Assembly: GCF_006345805.1 (NCBI RefSeq)
Contig: NC_043013.1
Span: 47,926,001-47,990,000, forward strand
Reading direction: 5' to 3'
Source: Octopus sinensis
Lineage: Eukaryota
DNA: 64,000 nt
The position numbers and the translations under genes are program-made. The notes beneath the pieces are model-generated. The model made no database searches. It had not been told where the DNA came from and worked only from the letters and a program-made list of their open reading frames with translations. Every line of letters begins with the position of its first letter. The first letter of the stretch is position 1. Shown in pieces: positions 25,801 through 37,293 of the stretch.

Positions 25801-28124
25801 AAGCAAGGAAAATTGTAAAAATGCAGAATGCTAATTGAAAGAAAATTTTAATGAAATGAGAAATTGAAAAATATAAATATATATTTATTCAAACCGGTTT
25901 TCGTCATAGTGTGACATCAAGAATAGTTATGTAAAAAAAGTTTTTTTAAAAATGAGAAAGGGGAAAAAAGAAAGTTGCATTGTTTTTTGCAAAAGAATAA
26001 TAATAAATATGTACAAAAATTAAAAAAATAAGTACTCCGATACATTGTGAGTTCGTTGTGTATCTTGAGTTTAATGATTGTTCACGAAAAAGTTACCTTG
26101 AGGTATTAGGATCCAATGGGATTAAGGCCATGTGTTGTTTGGTTTAATTGAGGATGTTGGCAAAAACAGGAAGTAGTAGTAATTGTGGTTCTTCAGTTAC
26201 TGTGTTGTGAATAAGGGGAGACAACTCTTTTGAGTTCTTCAATCTTTGTTTCACAAAATCCCCTGTAATAAAGGCTGCTAATAAAACCCAAATTATAAAA
26301 TTATCATTTTAGCTTCATTTGTATTATCTTTTTTATATAATTGTTTGTTAACTTAACTTTCAGATTTTAACACTTTATTTATATTATTTTCTAATTATAT
26401 AAATTTGCATAGACCAATTTATAATGGTATTAACACAATAGTAAAAATGATATTTAAAGAATATAAGTTTTAGCTTGAAGTGATGAATCTATGGTATCCT
26501 TATATATTTGTGTTAGTCCATCCATGAAGAATGAGGTAGAAAAAGGAAGTTTGATCAACGAGGAGTTTGCATATTAAGTTGTGTTTGGAATTTTTCAATA
26601 AAGAGATTCTCCTTGTTAATTCTCTCCTGTGTGGTGATCCCGTCTTTACATTGGTAGAAGGGGAATATATAGAATTTGGGGTTTAAGTCTTTAGCGCATG
26701 AGTCTATGTGGTCACTCAGTGGAATTTGTCGGTATTCCGGGAGATTTATTTGTTCGTTATGCACCGCTACTCGTTTACGTAACGGGAGACTCGTTTGTCC
26801 AACATAATTATGTTGGCAACCAGCGCATGTGAGAGCGTAGATAAGGTTCTCGGAGGAACAGGAGAAATTAGTTTTGATTTAAAACTTCGTACCTTGTTTG
26901 AAGGTAAATTCAGAGCCTTCAAGTGGGAGGGGGCAGGTACCACAGTTTGGGCGTGCACATTTTTTTACTGCTGGGGGTGGATGTGGTGTGTGAAGTTTGG
27001 CATTTGTCAAGAGTTTTTTTTAAAGATTTGTGTTGCCTTTTACATTTGAGGATTTTGTGTGTATTTATAATGTTTTTCATTTTTGGGTCTGTTGACAGTA
27101 GACTGAGGTTTTGTATGATTGTGGTGTATGCTTCGATATTTTTGGGGTTGTGGGTGGAAATGTATGAAAGTATTTTGAGGTTGTGTGTGGTGTTAGGTTG
27201 GGTAGTTTTCAGTGTAATGTTATCTAGTTCTTTGGCGCGTTTTATTCCATACTCTATAAGGGTGGAGGGATATTGGCGTTGTAATAGTGTTTTTTTGAGG
27301 TCTTGAAGGCGTATTTCTCGTGTTTTTGGATCCGAGACAATGGTGCATACCTTTTAGCCAAATTGAAAGGGATATTTGTCTTGGTGTGTTTTGGGTGGCA
27401 TGAACTAAAGAGGAGGTGTTGTTGTGAGTCTGTGGGTTTGTGGTAGAGGTCTGTTATGATTTGGTTCTTAGGTGTTTTTATAATTAGGAGATCAAGGAAT
27501 GGGAGATGATGTTTGCTTAATTCCATAGTGAATTGGATGTTGGGGTGTATGTTGTTTAGTATGGTTTTGAATTCCAGGAGTTTTTCATAAGGTTCTTTCC
27601 ATATGATGAAACAATCATCCAAATACATTTTCCAGTTTTCCATTAGGTAGGTGTGGAAAACATGTCCAAATTTCTGGCATGATATTTCATAGAGTGATAG
27701 TTCGAAGAAACCCATTATGAGGTTCGCAAGGACTGGTGCAGCCTTGGTACCCATCGCAATACCACATTTTTGACGGTAGTGTGTGTCGTCGAAGAGAAAA
27801 AAATTGTTTGTCAGAATGAACTTGAGAGATTCTGTAATAAAAGTCTTGTTAATGCGGTCAGGGAATGTCTCTGGGTGTTTTTCTAGCCAGAAGTCAATTG
27901 CCTCTATACCATATTCATGTGGGATGTTGTTGTAGAGGTTGATGACATCAAAAGATACCAGGAGCGTCTCCTCGTTAACTGTTTTCGGGAGGTGTTTGAG
28001 CATGTCCAGATCATCCCTAATGAAACTTTTGATGTGAGTACCCACATCAAAAGTTTTCATTAAAATTTTCATTAAAATTTTCTTTCAATTTAGCATTCTG
28101 CATTTTTACAATTTTTCCTTGCTT
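25801..28124 (-). mobile_element. 5'-truncated Penelope-like element (RT, GIY-YIG, 3' pLTR)
   Basis: ORF 27254-28072 has LVSFDVINLYNNIP, GIAMGTKAAP, YLDDCF, PFLD and SCHPKHTKTNIPF. Frameshifted downstream ENLIYA...CQHNYVGQT...VHNEQI is GIY-YIG-like. Confidence 0.9.
25886..25925 (-). ncRNA. Degenerate minimal hammerhead remnant in the PLE tail
   Basis: Minus strand reads tattc-ttgatg-tca-cacta-tgac-gaaa-accggt-tt-gaata. Stems I, II and III are recognisable but the core is mutated. Confidence 0.35.
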
Positions 28125-28170
28125 ATCATTTCTCCACGTGCGGTCAACACAACCCCACCATTTATTGGTC

Positions 28171-28246
<76 letters not shown>

Positions 28247-28418
28247 TGTATGTATGTATGTATGTATATAAAGTTAAAAGTAAAAGAGTCAAAAGGAAGA
28301 GTAAGTATGGTTAGTTAGCTTTTTAATCGCTACAAATGTTTCGATACATACAGATCCTCGTATATATAGGATTTAAAGTTAAGTTTAAATTAAATTATAT
28401 AACGATTTACCTGTATAA

Positions 28419-28455
<37 letters not shown>

Positions 28456-29035
28456 GTGTGTGTCATGTCATTTCTTTACCCTAGTTTTTATATAATATGT
28501 GTATGTACCCTATACGTTTCGATAACACCCTAAAAGACGCTATTATATGTATGGGTCTTTTTATGTTCCTGTCTCTATTTCTGTTTTTCTCAGTATAATT
28601 TGTCTATTTCTTAATAGCTTGAAAAATATGTCAGTATATTATATGTTAGAACATTTCTTGGTAGAAATGTTTGCAATCGTTATCTTTAACGAATTTATTG
28701 CCAACTTTGTATTTTCAATTTCCCGAACTTTCCTTTATTGAACTTATTGAAAATCTGCCAATATTTGTATCGAACTAGTAGCACTCTGATTATAAATGGT
28801 ATGCTTGATCACTTCACCTATGCCCCAGTGATTTTAATTAGTTCAGCAAGTATAGTTTTCAGTTCATTTCTGAATGTCATTTGAAACCGATCTTGACAGT
28901 TACTACATTAGTTAAAAGTGCAGCCATCAGTTTTGTAATACTTGCAGAGAGGTTCTTATTTAAGAGAAGTGGACATCATACGCATACGCAAAATATTAAG
29001 TGGGACTTAGGTAATAAAATATTCATATATATATA

Positions 29036-29073
29036 GGCGCAGGAGTGGCTGTGTGGGAAGTAGCTTTCTCACC
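29036..29073 (+). mobile_element. 5' head of a SINE family A copy split by two insertions
   Basis: ggcgcaggagtggctgtgtgggaagtagctttctcacc. The remainder resumes at 33758. Confidence 0.8.
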
Positions 29074-29117
29074 GAACGGACGCGTTTTTTCTTCGCTCCG
29101 GCAAATGTCACGTTTTA

Positions 29118-29695
29118 ACGTGAATTATTGAACATTTTACGTCAACGGGTGGAACGTTCGAATATTTATGGAAGCCTAGTGAGGTTTATTGCCTGTCGTT
29201 AATACTTTTTAGCATTAACAACGTCATTTAGTGTTAATAATTTTTGTGGGGTAATATACTTCACTTTACTTCGAATATATTTTTCTACCTGTTGGCGTAT
29301 TTAAAAGTCTCACCCTTTAGTGAGAAATTGTGTTTTTTTGAGGAAGGCGTAGCCCCTCCTGAGAAATATTTTTGACTCATTAGAGTACCAATTTTCACAC
29401 TTGGACTACCACACGTGGAATATTGAACTGTTTGGCACAGCAGGTAGGACTGTTTTGAATATTTTTAGAAGCTTGACGAGGTTTATTGCCTGCCATTAAT
29501 ACTTTTTGACGTCAACGTTAATTAGCGTTAATAATTTTTTGCGGATAATAGACTTCGCCTTGCTTCGGACATATTTTTTCTGCCGTTGTATTTAAAATCT
29601 CACGTTTTAGTGAGAAGTGTGTTTTTTGAAGAGGCGTAGCCCACATCAAAAATAATTCGATTCATTGGAGCACCAATTTCGCTTTGGATTACCAC
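29118..29695 (+). repeat. Two diverged ~290-bp tandem monomers in the 5' region of element A
   Basis: acgtg(g/a)a(a/t)tattgaac recurs at 29118, 29413 and 29696 (partial). Internal blocks gaggtttattgcctg, ttagtgagaa and ggcgtagccc are shared. Confidence 0.85.
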
Positions 29696-29985
29696 ACGTG
29701 GAATACTGCACCTTTGGATTACCAGGAGGCACCAAGGATATTCGTGGATTGTTTTTGCAAGCACCAGAATTACCAAGGACTGCCGTGACGTTTGGCCTGG
29801 ACTACCTCTTCGGCCAAAAAAAAAAAATAATTCTTTGCCACATTTGAACTTCTTCCTCTAGCTATCCTTCATTTGAACTCCGAACTGTTTTTATTGTAAC
29901 TCTCGTTTCCATTTTGTTTTTGCTTCCCTCTTTCTGTCACTTTTGTGTTTTTTCTATTCAACTGTACTAATATTTTTTGTTAAAA

Positions 29986-31199
29986 ATGGCAAAGGAACTG
30001 ATTGTTTGGGAGCTGGAAGCTCCCAAAAAATATGTCAAACAGCTCGAGGATAAGACCGTGGTACTGAGGACTTATTCAAGGTCGCTCAACGCTATCATGG
30101 TTTTTCCGAAGGCGAAAATTATTGAAGAGCTGGCAGACCACATGCCAGCCGTAAAATATATCCAACGGGGAGCCAAATACGCAACGGTTTGGTTGCTGTT
30201 TGACTCCCCAAAAGATGCTTGCGAGTTTGCAAGCAGGCCCATTGAGGGCAAAGAAATCTTGTTTCTCCCTAGTTACAAGGGAGAAAAATTGACAAGACTG
30301 TGGGTCTGCGGCCTGCCACCCGACATTGAACCCGAGTGGATAGAACACTCTATCCGCCGGGGTCTGGGTGACAGGGACGCAAAAATCCTAAATGTCAATG
30401 TACAGCCTGCGGCTGATTGGGAGGGGTCTAAGGCAACCTTAACCCTATGGACCCAGTCAGCCAAGAGTCTGGTTTTACCGGACTTTTTGAGAATGGCCGG
30501 GTCCAAGTATCCAGTGATGCTTGAGGGACGCCCCCCCCCCCCAAGTGTCACCTGTGTTTGGAGACCGGCCACATCAAGAAGAGCTGCCTCAGGGACCAGA
30601 GTAGGATCCTGGAGCGGCTAATATTGGAGCCTCTCCCTGCCTCCTCAATGGAGGGAGAGAGGCAAAGTGAGGAGGGGGAAAAATCCTCCTCCAAAAGAAA
30701 GAGAAAGGTGGGGAGCAATGGCGACCCACCAAAGGACCTGAAAGCACCGGGAGAGGAGAACCCGGTGCGTACAGCTCCGGAACCTCAGCCTCCCGTGGCC
30801 CAGGGCCAGAAGAAAAGAAAAAAAAAGAGAAACGGAGCCCCGCCGGCGGATTGCTACACGCAGACGGCGGTTCCCGAGTATCCCGGGTCCTCTCAGGCGG
30901 GTGTGCCGCCTGAGGGACAATTCGTGGAAGATTTTGTGCTCCTCTTTTTCAAAGGAAAAAAGGTGGAAAGCACCATAAGAAAAGTGAGAAAGAGAGGACA
31001 TTGGGAGGTAATCCGGTCCTGTGTGGAAAACCCCGAGTGGCCTTCGTAGTTAGCTGCGGGGGTCGTGGGAAGGGCTGATCTACACAGGATCGTGGGTTCC
31101 TGCCCGGCGGACCCCTTCGAGACTATACCACTGGACACCGGCCTGACCAGCGAGTATTGCCTCAATGAGGCAAGAGCAATGGTCGGCCGGGTCACATAG
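29986..31199 (+). pseudogene. ORF1-like nucleic-acid-binding protein (RRM-like x2, CCHC knuckle, basic tract), disrupted
   Basis: ATG at 29986. A frameshift in a C12 run at 30531-30542 splits GRPP/KCHLCLETGHIKKSC. A premature TAG at 31047 aligns with CAG in the paralogue, and homology continues to TAG 31197-99. Confidence 0.75.
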
Positions 31200-31549
31200 G
31201 CGGTGTAACATCTTTGTAACATGTGGAAGAGGAGGCTTATTGCCTCCTCTAAAAGTTGTAAAAATTTGTAAAAATTGTAATTCAATGTTAAGTTAAACAT
31301 TTTGCAACAGGTTGAAGAGGAGGTTTATTGCCTCCTCTAAAATTTGTAATTTGTAATCATTGTATTAAATGTAATCATTGAACATTGTTTAGAGAAGCAA
31401 GAGTCGACGGGCGCTTTTTGACTTCTCCCATCACCATCTTCATCCACCACCACCATCATCCATTAATGTCCTTGTCCAGCCCGTAGCTACTCTGTGTGCT
31501 GCCCTAGTGGCAAATTATTGAAATAAAGTAGCTTTGCTAACCACACATG

Positions 31550-33757
31550 CGCCAGTTAGTCGGTTGCTTCCTGTTGAGCTAGAGTGGACGTGAGTAACAA
31601 GCTCTGTCCAACTAAAGAAAAAAGACCAAAAACGGAAAGTTGTCGAGGTAAGTGATTTTGTTTATTGTGAGTTGGGTATAATTTATTGCGTGCCAATTAT
31701 TATTTCAGTAGGTTGTGTCCAACTCTGAGACAATTTCGCCTGCGCTAGGCGGCTGCCGTTTTTGTGTTCATTGAAAAAAAAAAAAGAAAAAACAGTGGAG
31801 GTGGGTATCCTCAGAATTCAATACAGTTACTGTTAAAATTACCGTTGGCGGTAGCCAGTGCTGTGTTTGGGTTTGCTGAATTTATTCCCTTGTCAGAGTA
31901 CTTCGCAAGAAAAGTATAAAAATAAGCCACTATTGGATTACCTTTCGGACCCATTTTTGTGGAGGTTGTGTTGCAGTTGCGGCGTTCCAGGTTCAACCTA
32001 GGCCGGGAGTACCGCAAGGCCAGAATATTTTTGCTGTGTTTTTTCTGTTTATTAACTTTCTTTTGAACTTCATTTAACCCCCCCCCCCACTTTTGTTTTT
32101 TTCTTTATTGCGACTGTCCGTTAATTTCTTCCCTTCTGTTGTGTTTTCTCCTTTTTGTTTTTTCAAAAATCTATCAAATTTTATTTAGACTTTTGAACTT
32201 TTTTCTTCCTGCTTTTGAGTTTAATTTGAATATATTTTTAAAAAAACATGGCAATGAAAAATAACAATATTTTGGAGTGGGAAATCATACCACCCAAAAA
32301 GTGGTTAAAAGACCGTGAAGATAGAACGGTGGTGTTGAGAACCTACTCCAAGGCACTTGACACCATCGCCCTATTCGAAAAGACGGCAATTGAGGAGGAG
32401 TTGGAAGAGTATTTGCCAACAATTAAATTCATTTCCAGGGGTGTCAAATATGCAACGGTGTGGTTGCTATTTGACACCCCTGAAGAGGCTTGAAAATTTG
32501 CTAGCAAACCCTTGGAGGGCAAGGAAATCTTATTCCTGCCCACGTACAAAAAAAAGAAATTGATGAAAGCTTGGATCTGCGGACTGCCACCCGACATAGA
32601 ACCCGAGTGGATAGAGGAGACAATCCGCCGGGGTCTGGGTGACAGCGAAACTAAGCTCCTCAATGTAAAAGTTCTTCCTGCGGCTGCTTGGGTTGGATCA
32701 AAAGCAATTTTGACCCTGTGGACCCAATCAGCCAATCTGGTTCTTCCAGATTTTTTGAAAATGGCCGGGTGCAGGTACCCGGTGATGCTTGAGGGTCGCC
32801 CCCCTAAGTGTCATCGGTGCTTGGAGTCCGGCCACATAAAGAAGAACTGTCCTCGGGAACAAAATAGGATCCCGGAACAGTTAAGTAAAACCCCTCTAGA
32901 AGAGGGAACGATAACGGCCGAGAAAGCAGAGGACTCCTCAAACAGAGGCCGAAAGAGGAAGGTGAGCAACAATGGGTGCTCACCAAAGGATAATAGGGAT
33001 GAGGAGAGGAAGGCGAATCTTCCAGCCACGGAGGAGACGCACCCTCCCTCAGTTGAAAAGGGAAAAAAAAAGAAAAACAGGAAGAAAAACGGGACATTAC
33101 CGGCTGTCAGTGTAGCACCGGAATGTCGCGGAACTACGTCGGTTGGGGTTGTGCCACCGACAAGAGAAGGAATACCGTTGGCGGAAACTGCGCCGCCAAC
33201 GAAAGAACTGAATGTATTGGTCCTCTTCTATAGAGGAGGAGAAATTGAAAAAGTGATGGAAGAGCACTACAAGGGAGCACCTTTAGCCTTCACACAGGAC
33301 CCCGAATGGCCTCCGCAGGTAGCTGTGGAGGCCGTGGCGTTCGACGTGACGCTAGGGCTAAAGGAGCTCAATGAAGATTATAACTTGGTCCCGGGCGACG
33401 CGAACTCGGAACTTGACTACGTTCTGAGGGAGGCGTGGTTGATGGTGGAGGGCGCAGGCACATGCTATTTCGAGGACGATATGTATTATTAGTAATGGAC
33501 TTAAGTCCAAAAATTGAAAAATTGTAAGAGGATTAATACCTCGTTTTGTAAAAATTGTAAGAGGTTTAATACCTCGTTTTGTGTTTATCTTTTTAAAAAG
33601 AACAATGTTTTAGAGAAGCAAAAGTCGGCGGGCGCTTTCTGTCTTCTCCCATCCTTATCATCTTTCTTTCATTATCATTCACCTCATTAATGTCCTCGTC
33701 CAGCCCGCAAAGCTAACTTAATCTGTGTACTGCCTTTATGGCAAATGTTTTGAAATA
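31550..33757 (+). mobile_element. ORF1-only non-LTR element B (HAL1/Tx1-like)
   Basis: T-rich leader, ORF1-like frame, and a 3' UTR homologous to element A ending gaaataa, directly followed by the SINE target. Confidence 0.7.
32248..33492 (+). pseudogene. ORF1-like protein (RRM-like x2, C-X2-C-X4-H-X4-C knuckle CHRCLESGHIKKNC, Lys-rich tract) with one in-frame stop
   Basis: ORFs 32248-32493 and 32512-33492 are in the same frame, separated only by TGA 32491-93, which aligns with TGC in the paralogue. Confidence 0.8.
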
Positions 33758-34119
33758 AAGTAGCTTGCTAACCAACCACATAGTTCCGGGTTCAGTCCCA
33801 CTGCGTGGCATCTGGAGCAAGTGTCTTCTGCTATAGCCTCGGGCCGACCAAAGCCTTGTAAGTGGATTTGGTAGACGGAAACTGAAAGAAGCCTGTCGTA
33901 TATATGTGTATGTGTATATATATGTGTGTGTGCGTGTGTCTGTGTTTGTTCCCCTAGCATTGCTTGACAACCGATGCTGGTGTGTTTATGTCCCCGTCAC
34001 TTAGCGGTTCGGCAAAAGAGACCGATAGAATAAGTACTGAGCTTACAAAGAATAAGTCCCGGGGTCGATTTGCATGGCCGCAGTCAAATGACTGAAACAA
34101 GTAAAAGAGTAAAAGAGTA
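33758..34119 (+). mobile_element. Remainder of the split SINE family A copy
   Basis: aagtagcttgctaaccaaccacatagttccgggttcagtccc through the taaaagag tail. Confidence 0.9.
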
Positions 34120-35372
34120 TATAATGGTTTTGTAAATATTCTGTTTCCGTGTATATTATGGACAAAAAATATTAACTAAGAAATGAGAAATGTGAATATT
34201 ATACAATAAAAATAAAGATAGTTTCTAATGAATAAAGTAGAAAAGAGTTTCTTAGAGAAACACCGAAAGAAACTGAAAATTAGTGCACCTTTCAGCAAGA
34301 TCTTTGCACGAAATTGATAATATGCATTCTAAAAGTTGGGAAAATACAATAAAATGAAAAATACTGCATGCCATCTATTGAAGACTTCACAGCTCTAAAT
34401 AAGTTCCAACTTTTAGTCTCGTATTAGAATTCAAGAATTATTTCTAACATTATTTCTTGACCGTGGGATGTGTACTGTATTATAGAAGGAGCTGCAAAAA
34501 ACTTATTAGGTTACTTCAGAGCAGAATGGTTAAGTATAAACTTGAGTCAATTAGAATATAAGGATGCGAAAGAACTCAAAAACGTTAGTCTCAAAAATGT
34601 AATATAGTGAGTTGGATTAGATGAAATTACCCTTGTAAATGGAAGACAAAAACGCTGATTAAGTTGTTTTAAAATCTATAAATACTAATAAGCAAGATAG
34701 ATAACTCCAACCAATCCAAATCTAAATTTGGGGAAAATAAATGTAATGCAGTCCGGAGTGGATCTGGCCTTTTAAAGTCAACTGGTAAAGCAATGGTCAT
34801 GTTTTGATCTTGCTCAATCTCATCCGGAAAGTATAACCCATGAACTAAAAATATATACAGAAGGAAATAAGGGCACGGATTATACCAACAACAGGGCTGA
34901 GAGAAAATACCTCTAAGGAGCCTTTTGCCGGTAACATACACATTTCCCATGTTTGACGCTTGAAATGTTTGATAATCTGAAATAGTTGATCCCCTCTCTC
35001 AAACGCATATTTGCTACAACAGATTAACTTGCCCTCGCTGAAGTCCAATGGAGTGAGAAAAGTGATTGACAACTTCAGAACTGCCAGTTACAATCCTGTC
35101 TTTTACCGGCTCCAAATTTGAAAATGCAATCAAGCATGGGGAGCCTTTAAGTAATGTCACTGAATATTTACGGATTCATGCTTACTGCAAATAATATGAT
35201 GTCGGTAGTTCGGCCTTTAGAAACAAATGTCGTCGATAATTTCCTAGCGTACTTCACACGTCAGTTAATCCGCACCAAATTTTTATACTCGATATTTTCC
35301 AACTCTGTAAGAAACAGGAAATTCTTTTCTCCTTTTCCCCTTTACTTTTCCGGTTTGTCAGGTCTCTCTTTG

Positions 35373-35579
35373 CTCTTTTACTTGTTTCAGTCACGTGGCT
35401 GTGGCCATGCTGGAGCACCGCCTTTAGTCGAGCAAATCGATCCCAGGACTTATTCTTTGTAAGTCTAGTACTTATTCAATCGGTCTCTTTTGCCGAACCG
35501 CTAAGTTACGGGGACGTAAACACACCAGCATCGATTGTCAAGCGATGTTGAGGGGACAAACACAGACACACAAACATAT

Positions 35580-35612
<33 letters not shown>

Positions 35613-35976
35613 CATATATACGACGGGCTTCTTTCAGTTTCCGGCTACCAAATCCACTCACAAGGCTTTGGTCGGCCCGAGGCTATAGTAGAAGACACTT
35701 GCCCAAGGTGCCACGTAGTGGGACTGAATCTGGAACCATGTGGTTCGTAAGCAAGCTACTTACCACACAGCCACTCCTACACCTGTATGTATATATATAT
35801 ATATACATATATACGACGGGCTTCTTTCAGTTTCCGTCTACTAAATAAACTCACAAGGCTTTGGTCGGCCCGAGGCTATAGTAGAAGACACTTGCCCAAG
35901 GTGCCACGTAGTGGGACTGAACCCGGAACAACGTGGTTCGTAAGCAAGAAACTTACCACACAGCCACTCCTACGCC
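35373..35976 (-). mobile_element. SINE family A with a tandemly duplicated head plus central domain
   Basis: The segment at ~35620-35783 is repeated at ~35810-35976. Confidence 0.85.
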
Positions 35977-36916
35977 TAAACGTCTGCTGAATTATAGAAA
36001 CTTTTTTGCAAACTTGCGATCTTAATCAGTTGATATTTCTGCTAATGCACATTTTTCAGCAATGATGATCATGCAGTTTCCTCTGACGATTTGTGATAGC
36101 TTCACGGAGTATCACATTGAGTTCCAGGGTAAAAGGAGCGGAGAAGAGGCTTTTTCTAACGCAACCTTGTCTAATTTTCCTTCAGGGGGAGAAGGCAGTG
36201 TCCATGACCCGTTATGCGGAGTCCGAGCAGGCAGCGATGGAAGTAGGCGCGATGGCGAAAGTAAGAGCGGTGGCAAAAGTAGGGGCAGCGGCAATGTGGG
36301 GGGAGGGGTGAACAGCGGTGGTTATAGCGGTTTGTGATGGCTGTGCAGTTACTGCTACTACCCGTCTTTTAATAAGTGTTTACAATATGATAATATGGAG
36401 GAGGAGGAGGAGGAGGTGGTGGTGGAGAAGAAGGAGAAGGAGGAGGAGGGGGAGAAGAAGAAGAAGAAGAAGAAGCTCCGGGCTAAATAACATGGGCATA
36501 CATTAAGGAGTCACTCCACAAAACAAACTCAGTCCAATAACATCGGTGCGATGGAAGGCAAACTTCGCCTTACAACTGTGGGAAAAGTTCTGTTAAAGCA
36601 GAAGTACTAAAACAACCGGAAAGATTTTTGTGATATAAGGTGTATTTTCTCTCTTAAATGCAAGACATCTCAATGCAACATACGCGCGAGAAGTCGAAAC
36701 CAGCACCAGGAAACCTAGAAAAATACCACTTACGCAAGTACGTAATTTGAATAGCCACCAAGGCGACGAGCTGGCAGAAACGGGTTCAATTATCTTGTTG
36801 AAACATATGCATAAATAGACCTGCGTTTTTTTTAACATATTTTTTTGGCAGTGTTGATAAAACTTAACGCCTACATCTCAGGAAAATTCTTAATCGGTAA
36901 TATACTGGGATATTAG

Positions 36917-37293
36917 GAGGCGCAATGGCCCAGTGGTTAGGGCAGCGGACTCGCGGTCGTAGGATCGCGGTTTCGATTCCCAGACCGTGCGTTGTGAGTG
37001 TTTATTGAGCGAAAACACCTAAAGCTCCACGAGGCTCCGGCAGGGGATGGTGGTGATCCCTGCTGTACTCTTTCACCACAACTTTCTCTCACTCTTACTT
37101 CCTGTTTCTGTTGTACCTGTATTTCAAAGGGCCGGCCTTGTCACTCTCTGTGTCACGCTGAATATCCCCGAGAACTACGTTAAGGGTGCACGTGTCTGTG
37201 GAGTGCTCAGCCACTTACATGTTAATTTCACGAGCAGGCTGTTCCGTTGATCGGATCAACCGGAACCCTCGTCGTCGTAACCGACGGAGTGCT
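36917..37293 (+). mobile_element. tRNA-headed SINE family D
   Basis: ggaggcgcaatggcccagtggttagggcagcggactcgcgg...ggtttcgattccc has A/B boxes and is followed by a ~300-bp non-tRNA body. Confidence 0.7.

Larger units (their letters stand above)
29074..31525 (+). mobile_element. ORF1-only non-LTR element A (HAL1/Tx1-like)
   Basis: 5' tandem monomers, a single ORF1-like frame and a structured 3' UTR ending gaaataa. Paralogous to element B. Confidence 0.7.

Noticed and set aside
32491-32493. Selenocysteine readthrough, because this TGA aligns with Cys (TGC) in the paralogue
   Set aside because: A single C>A change explains it, and the 3' UTR hairpins lack a recognisable SECIS AUGA/GA core.
29986-33492. 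Tandemly duplicated host RNA-binding genes
   Set aside because: The frames are intronless, the 5' regions are unrelated, the 3' ends are shared and abut a triplicated target, and the pair lies inside a split SINE. All of this favours independent retro-insertions.
36917-36990. tRNA genes at SINE heads (also 7784, 37808, 39636)
   Set aside because: A/B boxes are present, but I could not pair an acceptor stem, and each runs into a multi-copy SINE body.
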